Source of the DNA: Narcine bancroftii | Taxonomy: Eukaryota | DNA: 64,000 bases | Direction: 5' to 3' | NCBI RefSeq assembly: GCF_036971445.1 | Contig: NC_091471.1 | Span: forward strand, 261,082,001 to 261,146,000 | Shown here: in pieces, positions 38,459 through 51,440 of the stretch | Layout of the letters: each line of letters begins with the position of its first letter | How positions within the stretch are numbered: position 1 is the first letter of the stretch | The notes under the pieces: model-generated | What the model was told of the DNA's origin: nothing | Databases searched by the model: none | What the model saw: the letters and a program-made list of their open reading frames with translations, nothing else | Made by a program: the position numbers and the translations under genes

Positions 38459-39084
38459 CTTGCTCCCACTACTGCAAAAAGACTTACTATTTAATCGTTG
38501 GCTGTGATGTTAGTCTATTTCAATAGCACAGCAGTCAGTTGAACATACTTTGTGGGGTGAACATGAGGGTTGGATTTCCAAGACTAAACAATTCTTGAAC
38601 TTTCTGCATTACTGCCATTAGGTCACTCTGTTTTCATTTCCACACTCTGAGAGGATCCCCTTTCCCTTGTCAGGATCCAGGATGTAGCAGGAAAAGTAAT
38701 CCCTAAATCAAATGTGTTTCTTGAGTATCTTGTTCTGTTTCCAGAACTTTGAGCTGCAAAGTGTTAGCAGATTTACCCAGTGGGTTATTGATACAATGAG
38801 GAGGACTGAGCAAGTCCAGTCCTCCACTCCCTCCTATGGATAACCAACTCTAAGAGAAGACTACAGTACACTTGTTAGTCCTGACCCAGCTGATAAGTGA
38901 TTTTCTTTCACTGTAGCTGCTTAAACATTTGGAGAACAATAGTGAGGAGGTGTTACTGAGATCCTGTGTCCAACAGGTGAAGTGTCAACCATTTTGGCCC
39001 TCTCTTATAGATGTTAGATATTTTTTATCTCCAGTAGATCACATTTTCTTGCAAAATATAGGAATTGTTGCATGTTCATGCTTA

Positions 39085-39090
39085 AATAAA
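39085..39090 (+). terminator. Candidate SUGP1 polyadenylation signal AATAAA
   Basis: AATAAA about 630 nt after the stop, followed by a GT-rich tract (tttgtgtttg). Confidence 0.5.
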
Positions 39091-39584
39091 TTTATTATAC
39101 AAGGAATGTACTACAGAAACCATTTGTGTTTGCATTCTCTGCAAGGATCATGGTGGAGGTGGGAAAATTGCATGTTTCATTTTAGGACTGCCACTGGACA
39201 ACAATTTTTTTCAATAGGTTTGCTTCCTGAAAACAAATTGGAGATATGATAGATAACTTCAAGCCAAACACAAAGATAATTTCAGATTTGTTGTATCACA
39301 TAGGAAGATGGAGAAACATTAAATTAACTTTTATTGAATTTAGCATGTTTAAACATGCTGACACATTGCATTATTCAACTGACCTAAACATGTTTTGTCA
39401 CTGATTTTCACTTGTACTCAGCATTTTTACATAGTAGGGGAATCTTACTTTATCTGTAGGGGTATTGGGAAAAGGCAGGTAGGTGGAGATGGGCCTATCA
39501 TCAGATCTCATTGTATGGTGGAGCAGGCTCGACAGGTCGGATGGCTACTGCTGCTCTTAAAAATAGGTGTTACTGCATAAAGTC

Positions 39585-39938
39585 AATGTCTAACAATAGT
39601 TGGCCAGCATTGATGAATTACAGTTGCCTGGTACCACTTTTCCATGGTCACAATGTCCTGGTGAAACCTTTCTCTCTGTTCGTCACTGACTGCACCAAGA
39701 TCAGCGGGGAAGCTGTCCATGTGCGAATGCATAAAATGAATTTTCAATGACACGCTGCACTTCATGGTTTTGTAGACTTGAAGTAGACTTAAATATGACA
39801 GGAAATCACAAAAATAGGTTAGATCTAAAAAAAACAGTACGTGATAGGAAAATTCTAAGGTGAATTTTGTGATCAGCAGCTCAAAATCCATAAATACATC
39901 CAAAAGTGTTTTGGAAGCAAAATCTTTGTTGTCCAGTA
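39585..39938 (-). mobile_element. Chapaev3-like DNA transposon fragment (transposase C-terminus plus terminal region)
   Basis: SLKIHFMHSHMDSFPADLGAVSDEQRERFHQDIVTMEKWYQ motif; terminus-like tttgttgtccagt. Confidence 0.65.
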
Positions 39939-40274
39939 CTATTGATGCTAGTTCAGTGGAGAGATTTTGTGATGGCACAGCATGTTGTAAATGTAGCCCA
40001 AAGTTGGGAATCCCTTCTTATCCGTATAAAACAGAAAAATGTTAGCAGGATATTGGAGTTGGATCGGGGTGGCATCTTTGTCCATCTGACAATTCTGCAT
40101 AGATGCTTTCACTGAAAAGCAAATGGGGGCAGGGACCCAGATCTGGAAGGCATATTTTAAAAATAATTTATTTGACGAAATTTAATTAAAGTAATTTATT
40201 TGAAGTGAAATTGTTGTTTTCCTCTGAGAAATTACAGCAAGATCCCAATAAGAACAATGCATTAATATTCTTAG

Positions 40275-41230
40275 TATCCTACAAGATCCTTGATTTCCTC
40301 AACTCTGGTCCACAATCTGTGAGGATTGGCAAGAACATCTCCTCCACAATCTCCGTCAGTACCAGAGCACCACAGGGCTATGATTGTGTAGCTCGGTACG
40401 ACAAAACAACATCTACAAATTTGCTGACAATACCACAGTAGTGGGTTGTATAAGAAAGGGTGATGAGTCAGTATACAGGAGGGAGATTGAAAACTTAGCT
40501 AAATGGTGCACCAACATCAACCTTGCACCCGATGTCACCAAAACCAAGGAGCTGATTGTTCGCCAGAAAGAAAACAAGAGGTGTACAATCTACTAATTGG
40601 GGAATCAGAGGTGGAGAGGGTGAGCAAATTTAAGTTCTTGGGAGTCACTATCTCAGAGGACCCAATACATTAATACATCGTGAAGGAAGCACATCAGCGC
40701 CTCGACTTAGGAATTTCAGAGGTTGGGTATGACATCGGAAACACTGACAAATTTCTACAGATGTGTGGTGGAAAATGTGCTGACTGTCTGCGTCATGGTC
40801 TGGTAGGGGGGGACACCAATACCCCTGAGCATAAAGCCCTGCAAAAGGTAGTTTACACAGCACATCATCATTGAGAACTTCTGTCAGAGAGCAACTGTAA
40901 TCATCAAGGATCTACACCACCCAACATGCACTCTGTTCTCGTTGCTACCATGAGGAAAGAGGTATTGGTGCCACAAGACTCACACCACCAGGTTCAGGAA
41001 CAGCCGCTAACCCTTCCATCATCAGACTCCTCAACGACAAACTCATTTCAGACTCTTGCATTTTATTGTGTTTTTTCCTCTCTAATTGTAGTCAGTTTAC
41101 ATTTTTAAATGTGTGTGCTTGTTATGTAATTTTTTAATGCACTACCAATAAGCAGTAATTCTCCCACTCCTGCAGGAAAAGGAATCTCAGGGTTGTATGT
41201 GATGTCATGTATGTAGTCTGACAATAGATC
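40275..41230 (+). mobile_element. Degenerate Rex1/Babar-like LINE
   Basis: IYKFADNTTVVGCI...DESVYRREIENLAKWC...TKTKELIV. Confidence 0.7.
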
Positions 41231-41829
41231 TGGAAAAAAGTTTTGGTCAGGACCCAATAAAAACTTCAAGATGAGAAATAGAAGCAGGAATAAGATGTTG
41301 GATATTTTCTCTCAGCCATTTTCCTGCATTAACACCATGCCCTTTTATCCCTTGGATATCAAACATTCTAATATGAATATACTGAGCCTCCAGTAAATTC
41401 CAAAGATTTATCATCCTTGAATATTTAATTTTTCTAATCTCTCTGATGAGAGGCTGACTCCTTGTTTGGAAATGTAAACACCCAGAAAGAGGAAATGTTG
41501 CCTGAGCATCTATCCCCACAAGAATTTTGTTGTTTTTAATTCAATTTGCCCTTAGTTTTTTTTAATCCAATAGAATGTAGGTCCAGCTTGTTTCATCCCA
41601 CCTCATGAGAAACTCACCAACCTTGGTATCAATTTGGTCAAATCATTCATTCCCTCTATTGTAAGCATATCTTTCCTTGGGTTGGATCGGGATTGCATTT
41701 GCTGACTCAGTTGACATTTCGGGCCTCAGCCCTTCTTCGGCTCTCTTGAAAATTACTTATTACTGACATCATGATAGCTGAATACTATGTCAAAGACAGA
41801 TGTTACAAATGTGAGGACCTGGATGTAAT

Positions 41830-43030
41830 AGTGATCATTTAAGAGGGAGTACTGAGCAAATTTGAGGGTCTAAAGGTAGATAAGTCCCCTGGTCCTGATG
41901 GAATACATCCCATCTGAAAGAAATGGCAAAAGTTATAGTAGAGGCTTTGGTGATAATTTACCAAAATTCTTTGGACTCGGCAGATCTCGGTGGATTGGAA
42001 GGGAATGAATGTCACGCTACTATTCAAAAAAGGATGCAGAGAATTAGGCCATTTAGTTTAAACATAAAGGTTCCATTATTGTCACGTAATGCTACATTTA
42101 GAATGTCACGTACATGAAATTCTTTAACCTTTGCTGTAAGACGGGCAGAGAGTCGCCAGTTGGTCCAGCAGAAAACTACAGCACCTGGTGTTCCTAGGTG
42201 GTCTCCCCTCCCAAGTACTGACCAGTCCCTGTGCCTGCTTAGCTACCGAGTTCAGACAATCCCAGGTATATTCATGGTTATTTGGTGCTGTCAAACTGTG
42301 GTTGGAAAAATGCTTGAAAGCTCTCAAAGAAGAAATAGTGAGGCATCTGGAGTGAAATGAAACAATTAGCCAGATGCAGCATGGCTTCAGCTGAGGCAGG
42401 TCCTGTATCACAAACTTATTCTTTGAGCGGGGTAGAAGGAGGGGAGCAGATGGATATTTACTTGGATTTCCAGAAGGTGTTCGATGAGGTGCCGCACAAG
42501 ATTCACACATAAGGATGCATAGAGTTGGGGTTGATGTATTAGTATGGATAAAAGATTGGTTAACCAATAGATAGCAGAAAGTTGGGGTACAGGGTCTTTT
42601 TCTGGTTGGCAATCATTCATCAGGGGGTCAGTGCTGGACCTGCACCTGTTCACAATGTATATTAATGATCTAGAAGAGGGGAGCAGAGTGTAATTAGAGT
42701 TTAGCTGATGACTAAATTCAGTGGAAAAATAAATTTTGCAGAGGATATGGAGAGTATGCAGAGATAGAGGTCAAATGAATGGTCAAGGGTCTGCAAGATG
42801 GAGTCCAATGTTAGTAAATGTGAGGTTATCCACTTTGGAAGGTAAAATCGAGGATCAGATTATTATTTAAATGGAGAGTGATTGCAACATGCTGCCATAT
42901 AGAAGGACTTAGCAGCAGTCTATCAAGAAGACAAATGAAATGTTGGCCTTCATTGCTAGAGGGATTGAATTTAGCAATAGGGAGGGTTATGCTGCAATTA
43001 CAAAGGCCAGATCTGGAGTACTGCCTGCAG
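41830..43030 (+). mobile_element. Old CR1 LINE, left part (continues at 52217-52640 after the L1 insertion)
   Basis: Decayed GLKVDKSPGPDGIHP, QHGF, LDF, MLAFIARGIEF; resumes after the L1 TSD. Confidence 0.7.
42052..42290 (-). mobile_element. 5S rRNA-derived SINE (SINE3-like) or 5S pseudogene with LINE-like tail
   Basis: 42173-42288 is the reverse complement of a degenerate 5S rRNA (ctacagcacc.ggt.ttcc.agg.ggtctccc...caagtact.accag...ctgcttagct.ccgag.tcagac); ~120-nt tail with tgacaataa near its end. Confidence 0.75.
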
Positions 43031-43989
43031 TTTCGGTCTCCTTACTTTTTTTAAAAATTTTTATTTTTCACACTATAAGCCACATTGATCAAGATACATA
43101 CATTTTCCTTTTCAAATATATACAGTGTCGTTTTCTCCCCCCTCCCTCTTCCCCTCCCACCCTCCCTACCTCCCCTGCCATTCATTTAACATTCAGAATC
43201 TAAGATACATTAAACCCGTCAAACAATGTTGTCACTCAGTAAAAATAAACAAGAAATTCAACTGAGTCAGTTCTTTTCATTCTCTTCTCCGTCATTTTAG
43301 GCGGTAGATGTCCCCGATAGGTTTTCTCTATTATGTTTTATGTATGGCTCCCATATTTGTTCAAATATTTTAATATTATTTCTTAAATTATATGTTATTT
43401 TTTCTAATGGAATACATTTATTCATTTCTATATACCATTGTTGTATTCTCAAGTTATCTTCTAATTTCCAGGCTGACATAATACATTTTTTTGCTACAGC
43501 TAGGGCTGTCCTAACAAATCTTTTTTGTGCACCATCCAAATCAAGTCCAAATTCTTTGTTTTTTATGTTACTTAGGAGAAAGATCTCTGGGTTTTTTGTT
43601 ATATTGATTTTTGTGATTTTATTTAATATCTGGTTTAGATCTTCCTAAAATTTTTTCACTTTCTCACATGTCCAGATTGCATGAATTGTTGTTCCCATTT
43701 CCTTTTTACAGCAAAAACATCTGTCAGATACTGTTGGGTCCCATTTATTTAACTTTTGAGGTGTAATGTATAGCCTGTGTATCATACGTAACCTCATGTT
43801 TATTGTATTTCTCATAGTTCCAGAGCATAACTTCTCCCATGTTTCCTTCTTTATCATTATGTTTAGATCTTGTTCCCATTTTTGTTTAGTTTTACCATTT
43901 GTTTCCTCATTCTCCTTTTCTTGTAGTTTAATATACATGTTTGTTATAAATTTTTTGATTATCATTGTGTCTGTAATCATATATGATGA

Positions 43990-44938
43990 TGGTGGTGGTG
44001 AATTGGATTAGTAAATATGCAGACAATACTAAGATAGGTGGAATAGTGGATAATGAAGAAGGTTTTCAAGGATTGCAGAGGGATTTGGGCTGCTTAGAAA
44101 AATGGGCTGAAAAATGGCAGATGGAATTTAATGCTGATAAGTGTGAGGTGCTTTATTTTGGTAAGAAGAATCAGAATAGGACATACATGGTAAATGGGAG
44201 AGCATTGATGAATACAGAAGAGCAGAAAGATTTAGGAGTAACGGTACCTCGTTCCCTGAAGGTAGAAACTCACGTGAATAGGGTGGTGAAGAAGGTTTTT
44301 AGTATGCTGGCCTTTATCAATCATTGCATGGAATATAGGAGTTGGGAGGTGATGTTGAGATTGTATAAGACGTTGGTGTAGCCTAATTTGGAGTTCTGTG
44401 TGCAGTTCTGGTCGCCTAATTATAGGAAGGATATAAACAGAGTGGAGAGAGTGCAGAGAAGGTTTACCAGAATGTTACCTGGGTTTAAGCATCTAGAGTA
44501 TAGGGAGAGATTGGACAGATTAGGTCTTTATTCTTTGGAGCGTAGAAGGTTGAGAGGGGATTTGATAGAAGTATTTAAGATTATGAAAGGGATAGACAGA
44601 ATGTATGTGGATAGACTATTTCCATTAAGAGGAGGAAAGATTAAAACAAGAGGACATGAGTTAAGAATTAAGGGGCAGAGGTTTAGAGGTAACATGAGGG
44701 GGAACTTCTTTACTCAGAGAGTGGTAGCCGTGTGGAATGAGCTTCCGGGAGAAATAGTGGCGGCGGAGTCAATTGTATTATTTAAGAAAAGGTTGGACAG
44801 GTATATGGATGAGAAGAAGATGGAGGGTTATTGGCATTGTGCAGGGAGGTGGGACTAGAAAGGGGTGTTTGGTTCGGTGCGGACTAGAAGGGCCTAATGG
44901 CCTGTTTCCGTGCTGTAATTGTTATGTTATGTTATGTT
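43990..44938 (+). mobile_element. 5'-truncated CR1 LINE nested in the L1
   Basis: KYADNTKIGG...EFCVQFWSP...RRLRGDLIEVFK...FFTQRVV; (gttat)n tail. Confidence 0.9.
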
Positions 44939-45161
44939 AAAATTACTTCCCTCTGGTAACCTCAGACTGCTTCCCAATTTGTCCTTCAAGTAGGATTTCA
45001 GTTGGTAGTATGCCAACACTGTATCATGAGTCATATTATATTTATCATTCATTTGTTCAAAGGATAATAATTTATTTTCCGAAAAGCATTTTTCTATTCT
45101 ATTGATCCCTTTTTTCTCCCATTCTCTCTCTATTGTAAAAGGGATTAGCTGATTTTGAGTC

Positions 45162-46722
45162 AGGGGAATCACGTTGCTCTCCATTGCAGGCAAAATCTTC
45201 GCTAGGATTCTACTAAATAGAATAATACCTAGTGTCGCCGAGAATATTCTCCCAGAATCACAGTGCGGCTTTCGCGCAAACAGAGGAACCACTGACATGG
45301 TCTTTGCCCTCAGACAGCTCCAAGAAAAGTGCAGAGAACAAAACAAAGGACTCTACATCACCTTTGTTGACCTCACCAAAGCCTTCGACACCGTGAGCAG
45401 GAAAGGGCTTTGGCAAATACTAGAGCGCATCGGATGTCCCCCAAAGTTCCTCAACATGATTATCCAACTGCACGAAAACCAACAAGGTCGGGTCAGATAC
45501 AGCAATGAGCTCTCTGAACCCTTCTCCATTAACAATGGCGTGAAGCAAGGCTGTGTTCTCGCACCAACCCTCTTTTCAATCTTCTTCAGCATGATGCTGA
45601 ACCAAGCCATGAAAGACCCCAACAATGAAGACGCTGTTTACATCCGGTACCGCACGGATGGCAGTCTCTTCAATCTGAGGCGCCTGCAAGCTCACACCAA
45701 GACACAAGAGAAACTTGTCCGTGAACTTCTCTTTGCAGATGATGCCGCTTTAGTTGCCCATTCAGAGCCAGCTCTTCAGCGCTTGACGTCCTGCTTTGCG
45801 GAAACTGCCAAAATGTTTGGCCTGGAAGTCAGCCTGAAGAAAACTGAGGTCCTCCATCAGCCAGCTCCCCACCATGACTACCAGCCCCCCCACATCTCCA
45901 TCGGGCACACAAAACTCAAAACGGTCAACCAGTTTACCTATCTCGGCTGCACCATTTCATCAGATGCAAGGATCGACAATGAGATAGACAACAGACTCGC
46001 CAAGGCAAATAGCGCCTTTGGAAGACTACACAAAAGAGTCTGGAAAAACAACCAACTGAAAAACCTCACAAAGATATGCGTATACAGAGCCGTTGTCATA
46101 CCCACACTCCTGTTCGGCTCCGAATCATGGGTCCTCTACCGGCACCACCTACGGCTCCTAGAACGCTTCCACCAGCGTTGTCTCCGCTCCATCCTCAACA
46201 TCCATTGGAGCGCTCACACCCCTAACGTCGAGGTACTCGAGATGGCAGAGGTCGACAGCATCGAGTCCACGCTGCTGAAGATCCAGCTGCGCTGGATGGG
46301 TCACGTCTCCAGAATGGAGGACCATCGCCTTCCCAAGATCGTATTATATGGCGAGCTCTCCACTGGCCACCGTGACAGAGGTGCACCAAAGAAAAGGTAC
46401 AAGGACTGCCTAAAGAAATCTCTTGGTGCCTGCCACATTGACCACCGCCAGTGGGCTGATAACGCCTCAAACCGTGCATCTTGGCGCCTCACAGTTTGGC
46501 GGGCAGCAGCCTCCTTTGAAGAAGACCGCAGAGCCCACCTCACTGACAAAAGGCAAAGGAGGAAAAACCCAACACCCAACCCCAACCAACCAATTTTCCC
46601 TTGCAACCGCTGCAATCGTGTCTGCCTGTCCCGCATCGGACTGGTCAGCCACAAACGAGCCTGCAGCTGACGTGGACTTTTTACCCCCTCCATAAATCTT
46701 CGTCCGCGAAGCCAAGCCAAAG
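45162..46722 (+). mobile_element. RTE-clade LINE with an uninterrupted 498-aa RT ORF, nested in the L1
   Basis: LPESQCGFR...FVDLTKAFD...GVKQGCVLAP...LLFADD...C-terminal CNRC..H zinc finger; 3' gccaagccaaag. Confidence 0.95.
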
Positions 46723-49700
46723 ATTAGTTTTGGTAATTGATAATTTGTTTTATTCCTTTCTACATGAATCTTCTTCCAAATATTGAGCAGATGATGTAAT
46801 ACTGGAGAATTCCTGCGTTGTACCAATTTTTCATCCCATTTATATAATATATGTTTGGGTATCTTCTCCCCTATTTTATCTAGTTCTAATCTAGTCCAAT
46901 CTGGCTTTTCCCTTGTTTGATAAAAATCTGATAGGTATCTTAATTGTGCGGCTCCATAATAATTTTTTTAAGTTTGGCAGTTTATACCATTCTGTTAATT
47001 TATCTAATGCTATCCTCGGTTTCCCCCCTTTCCATAAAAATTTCCTTATTATTTTCTTTAACTCTTTGAAGAATTTCTCTGTCAAGTGTATTGGCAATGC
47101 CTGAAATAGGTATTGTATCCTTAGGAAAATGTTCATTTTAATACAGTTTATCCTTCCTATTAGTGTTAGTGGTAAGTCTTTCCAATGCTCTAAGTCGTCC
47201 TGTAATTTTTTAATTAGTGGATAATAATTGAGTTTATATAGATGGCTGAGGTTTTTATTTATTTGTATACCTAGGTATCTTATTTCTTGCATTTGCCATC
47301 TAAATGGTGATTTTTTCTTAAATTTTGAGAAATCCGCATTATTCATTGGCATTGCTTCACTTTTATTTGCGTTAATCTTGTAACCCAACACTTCTCCATA
47401 TTCCTTCAATTTCTCATGTAATTCTTTTATTGATATTTCTGGTTCTGTTAAGTATACTATAACGTCATCTGTGAATAAACTGATTTTATATTCCTTGTCT
47501 TTTATTTTTATCCCTTTTATTTTCTGTTCTTATCAGTTCTGCTAGTGGTTCTATGGCTAACGCAAACAATAAGGGCGATAGTGGGCATCCCTTCCTTGTT
47601 GATCTGCTTAAATTAAATTGTTTTGATATCCATTTACTGTCATTTTCGCTAATGGCCCCTTATATAATGCTTTAATCCAATTAATATATTTCTCTGGTAA
47701 GCTGAATTTTTGTAGTACTTTGAATAAATAATTCCTTTCTACTCTGTCAAAGGCCTTCTCTGCGTCTAAAGCAACCGCTACTGTAGGAGCTTTATTTCCT
47801 TCTACTGCATGAATTAAGTTAATAAATTTACAAATATTGTCTGTTGTTCGTTTTTTTTTAAATAAATCCAGTTTGGTCTAGATTTACTATTTTTGGTACA
47901 TAGTTGGCTAATCTGTTTGCTAATAGTTTAGCTATTACATTATAATCTGTGTTAAGTAAAGATATTGGTCTATATGACGCTGGTGTGAGTGGATCTTTCC
48001 CTGTCTTTGGTATTACTGTAATTATTGCTGTTTTGCATGAATCTGGTAAGCTTTGTGTTTTATCAATCTGGTTGATTACTTCCAGGAGAGGAGGAATTAA
48101 TAAATCTTTAAATGTTTTATAGAATTCTATTGGGAATCCATCCTCTCCTGATGTTTTATTATTCGGTAGTTTTTTTTATTATCTCTTGTATTTCTACTAT
48201 TTCAAATGGTTCTGTTAATTTATTTTGTTCCTCTGTTTGTAATTTTGGTAGTTCAATTTTAATTAAAAATTCATCTATTTTGTCTTCTTTCCCTTCGTTT
48301 TCAGTTTGGTATAATTGTTCGTAGAATTCTCTGAAGTTTTCATTAATCTCCGTTGGATTATATGTGATTTGTTTGTCTTTTTTCCTTGATGCCAATACCA
48401 TTCTCTTAGTTTGTTCTGTCTTAAGCTGCCATGCTAGTATTTTGTGCATTTTTTCTCCTAGTTCATAATATTTCTGTTTTGTCTTCATTATGTTCTTCTC
48501 CACCTTATATGTTTGTAGTGTTTCATATTTTATTTTTTTATCTGCCAATTCTCTTCTTTTAGTTGTGTCTTCCTTCATTGCTAATTATTTTTCTATATTT
48601 GCTATTTCCCTTTCCAACTGCTCTGTTTCCTGATTGTTGTCCTTCTTCATCTTGGTTACATAACTTATTATTTGCCCTCTGATGAACGCTTTCATTGCGT
48701 CCCATAGTATAAACTTATCTTTCACTGATTCCGTATTTATTTCAAAGTACATTTTAATTTGTCGTTCAATAAATTCTCTAAAATCCTGCCTTTTAAGAAG
48801 CATGGAGTTTAATCTCCATCTATACATTCTTGGAGGGATGTCCTCTAACTCTATTGTCAATATCAGGGGTGAGTGGTCCGATAATACTCTAGCTTTATAT
48901 TCTGTTTTCCTAACTCTGTCTTGCATGTGAGCTGATAACAGGAATAGGTCTATTCTTGAGTATGGTTTATGTCTACCCGAATAATATGAATATTCCTTTT
49001 CCTTTGTGTGTTGTTTCCTCCATATATCCAAAAGTTGCATTTCTTGCATCGATTTAATTATAAATTTGGTTACTTTGTTCTTTCTGTTAATTTTTTTCCC
49101 AGTTTTATCCATGTTTGAATCTAAATTAAGGTTGAAATCCCCTCCTATTACTATGTTCCCTTCCGTGTCTGCTATCTTCAAAAAAATATCTTGCATAAAT
49201 TTTTGATCTTCTACGTTAGGTGAAAATACATTGAGTAAATTCCAAAACTCCGAATATATCTGACATTTTATCATTACATATCTCCCTGCTGGATCTATTA
49301 TTTCCTCTTCTATTTTAATTGGTACATTTTTACTGATTAATATAGCTACTCCTCTAGCTTTTGAATTATATGAAGCTGCTGTTACATGTCCTATCCAATG
49401 AATGCTATATCAATTTTTTCTTTTTTCAGTAAATTTAGCAGTTTCTTCCTTTTGATTTGGTTTTGTATTCCGTTAATATTTAAAGTCATATAGTTCAACA
49501 TAGCCATTTCATACTTTGTTTATCATTTCTTTCCATTTCCTCATCATCACCTTTCCTTCTTATCCATTTCGGCTTTATTTTTTTGAACACTTTTTAAGAC
49601 AACATTTCTAAAACATCAAACATTCCCCTTATTCTCCTATCTAAAATTTCTTTAACCTCACTATCTCCTCCCCTTCCTGAGTTGCCCTTTATCCCTTCTC

Positions 49701-49924
49701 GGGCAACCACATCTCCCCTCTCCATTTGGATTTGCGAATTCACTCGCAAGCGTCAACTGATTTCGCAGTGACCGTACCTCCTCCCCACCCAGCCCCCCCC
49801 CCCAGAAAAGATTTTAATTTTCATATACAACAAAGGTCACTCTCTTAATTCCCTCCTTACTTCCTCTCTTCCCTTTCTTTCCTTATTAATTCTTATCTAT
49901 ACTCTATATATTTTCTCTTAAATG

Positions 49925-49955
49925 CATATATACACATGTACACACATATATACAT

Positions 49956-50010
<55 letters not shown>

Positions 50011-50022
50011 CACATACATATA
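49925..50022. repeat. (CA)n/(TA)n microsatellite in the L1 inter-ORF spacer
   Basis: Direct reading. Confidence 0.9.
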
Positions 50023-50582
50023 GTTCGTGGTCATTTTTGCTCTCGTTACATGTCTTCATCTCTCTGTCTGTTTTGTAGTTGTTCTGCAAATTTTCGTGCT
50101 TCCTCCAGATCCGAGAATAGTCTGTTTTGCTGCCCTGGAATAACTATTTTAAGTACCGCTGGGTACTTTAGCATAAATTTATATCCTTTTTTCCATAGGA
50201 TCGCTTTTGCTGTATTAAACTCCTTCCTCTTCTTCAGGAGTTCAAAACATATCTGGATAGAAAAAATTTTTTTGACCCTTGTATTCCAGTGGCTTTTTGT
50301 CTTCTCTTATTTTCTTCATTGCTTTCTCCAATATATTTTCTCTTGTTGTATATCTTAGGAATTTTACTAAAATGGATCTTGGTTTTTGTTGTGGCTGTGG
50401 TTTAGGGGCTAATGTTCTTTGTGCCCTTTCTATTTCCATTTCTTCCTGTAATTCTGGTCTTCCTAGGACCCTGGGGATCCAATCTTTTATAAATATTCTT
50501 GCCTTCTTCATCTTCCTTAAGGCCCACTATCTTTATATTATTTCTTCTATTATAATTTTCCATTATATCTATCTTCTGAGCT

Positions 50583-51440
50583 ACCATGACTACCAGTCCC
50601 CCCCACATCTCCATCGGGCACACAAAACTCAAAACGGTCAACCAGTTTACCTATCTCGGCTGCACCATTTCATTAGATGCAAGGATCGACAATGAGATAG
50701 ACAACAGACTCGCCAAGGCAAATAGCGCCTTTGGAAGACAACACAAAAGAGTCTGGAAAAACAACCAACTGAAAAACCTCACAAAGATAAGCGTATACAG
50801 AGCCGTTGTCATACCCACACTCCTGTTCGGCTCCGAATCATGGGTCCTCTACCGACATCACCTACGGCTCCTAGAACGCTTCCACCAGCGTTGTCTCCGC
50901 TCCATCCTCAACATTCATTGGAGCGCTTTCATCCCTAACGTCGAAGTACTCGAGATGGCAGAGGTTGACAGCAGCGAGTCCATGCTGCTGAAGATCCAGC
51001 TGTGCTGGATGGGTCACGTCTCCAGAATGGAGGACCATCGCCTTCCCAAGATCGTGTTATATGGCGAGCTCTCCACTGGCCACCGTGACAGAGGTGCACC
51101 AAAGAAAAGGTACAAGGACTGCCTAAAGAAATCTCTTGGTGCCTGCCACATTGACCACCACCAGTGGGCTGATATCTCCTCAAACCGTGCATCTTGGCGC
51201 CTCACAGTTTGGCGGGCAGCAACCTCCTTTGAAGAAGACCGCAGAGCCCACCTCACTGACAAAAGGCAAAGGAGGAAAAACCCAACACCCAACCCCAACC
51301 CACCAATTTTCCCCTGCAACCGCTGCAACCGTGTCTACCTGTCCCGCATCGGACTTGTCAGCCACAAACGAGCCTGCAGCTGACGTGGACATTTACCCCC
51401 TCCATAAATCTTCGTCCGCGAAGCCAAGCCAAAGAAGAAG
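50583..51440 (+). mobile_element. 5'-truncated RTE-clade LINE nested in L1 ORF1
   Basis: Same family as 45162; tail gccaagccaaagaagaag. Confidence 0.92.
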
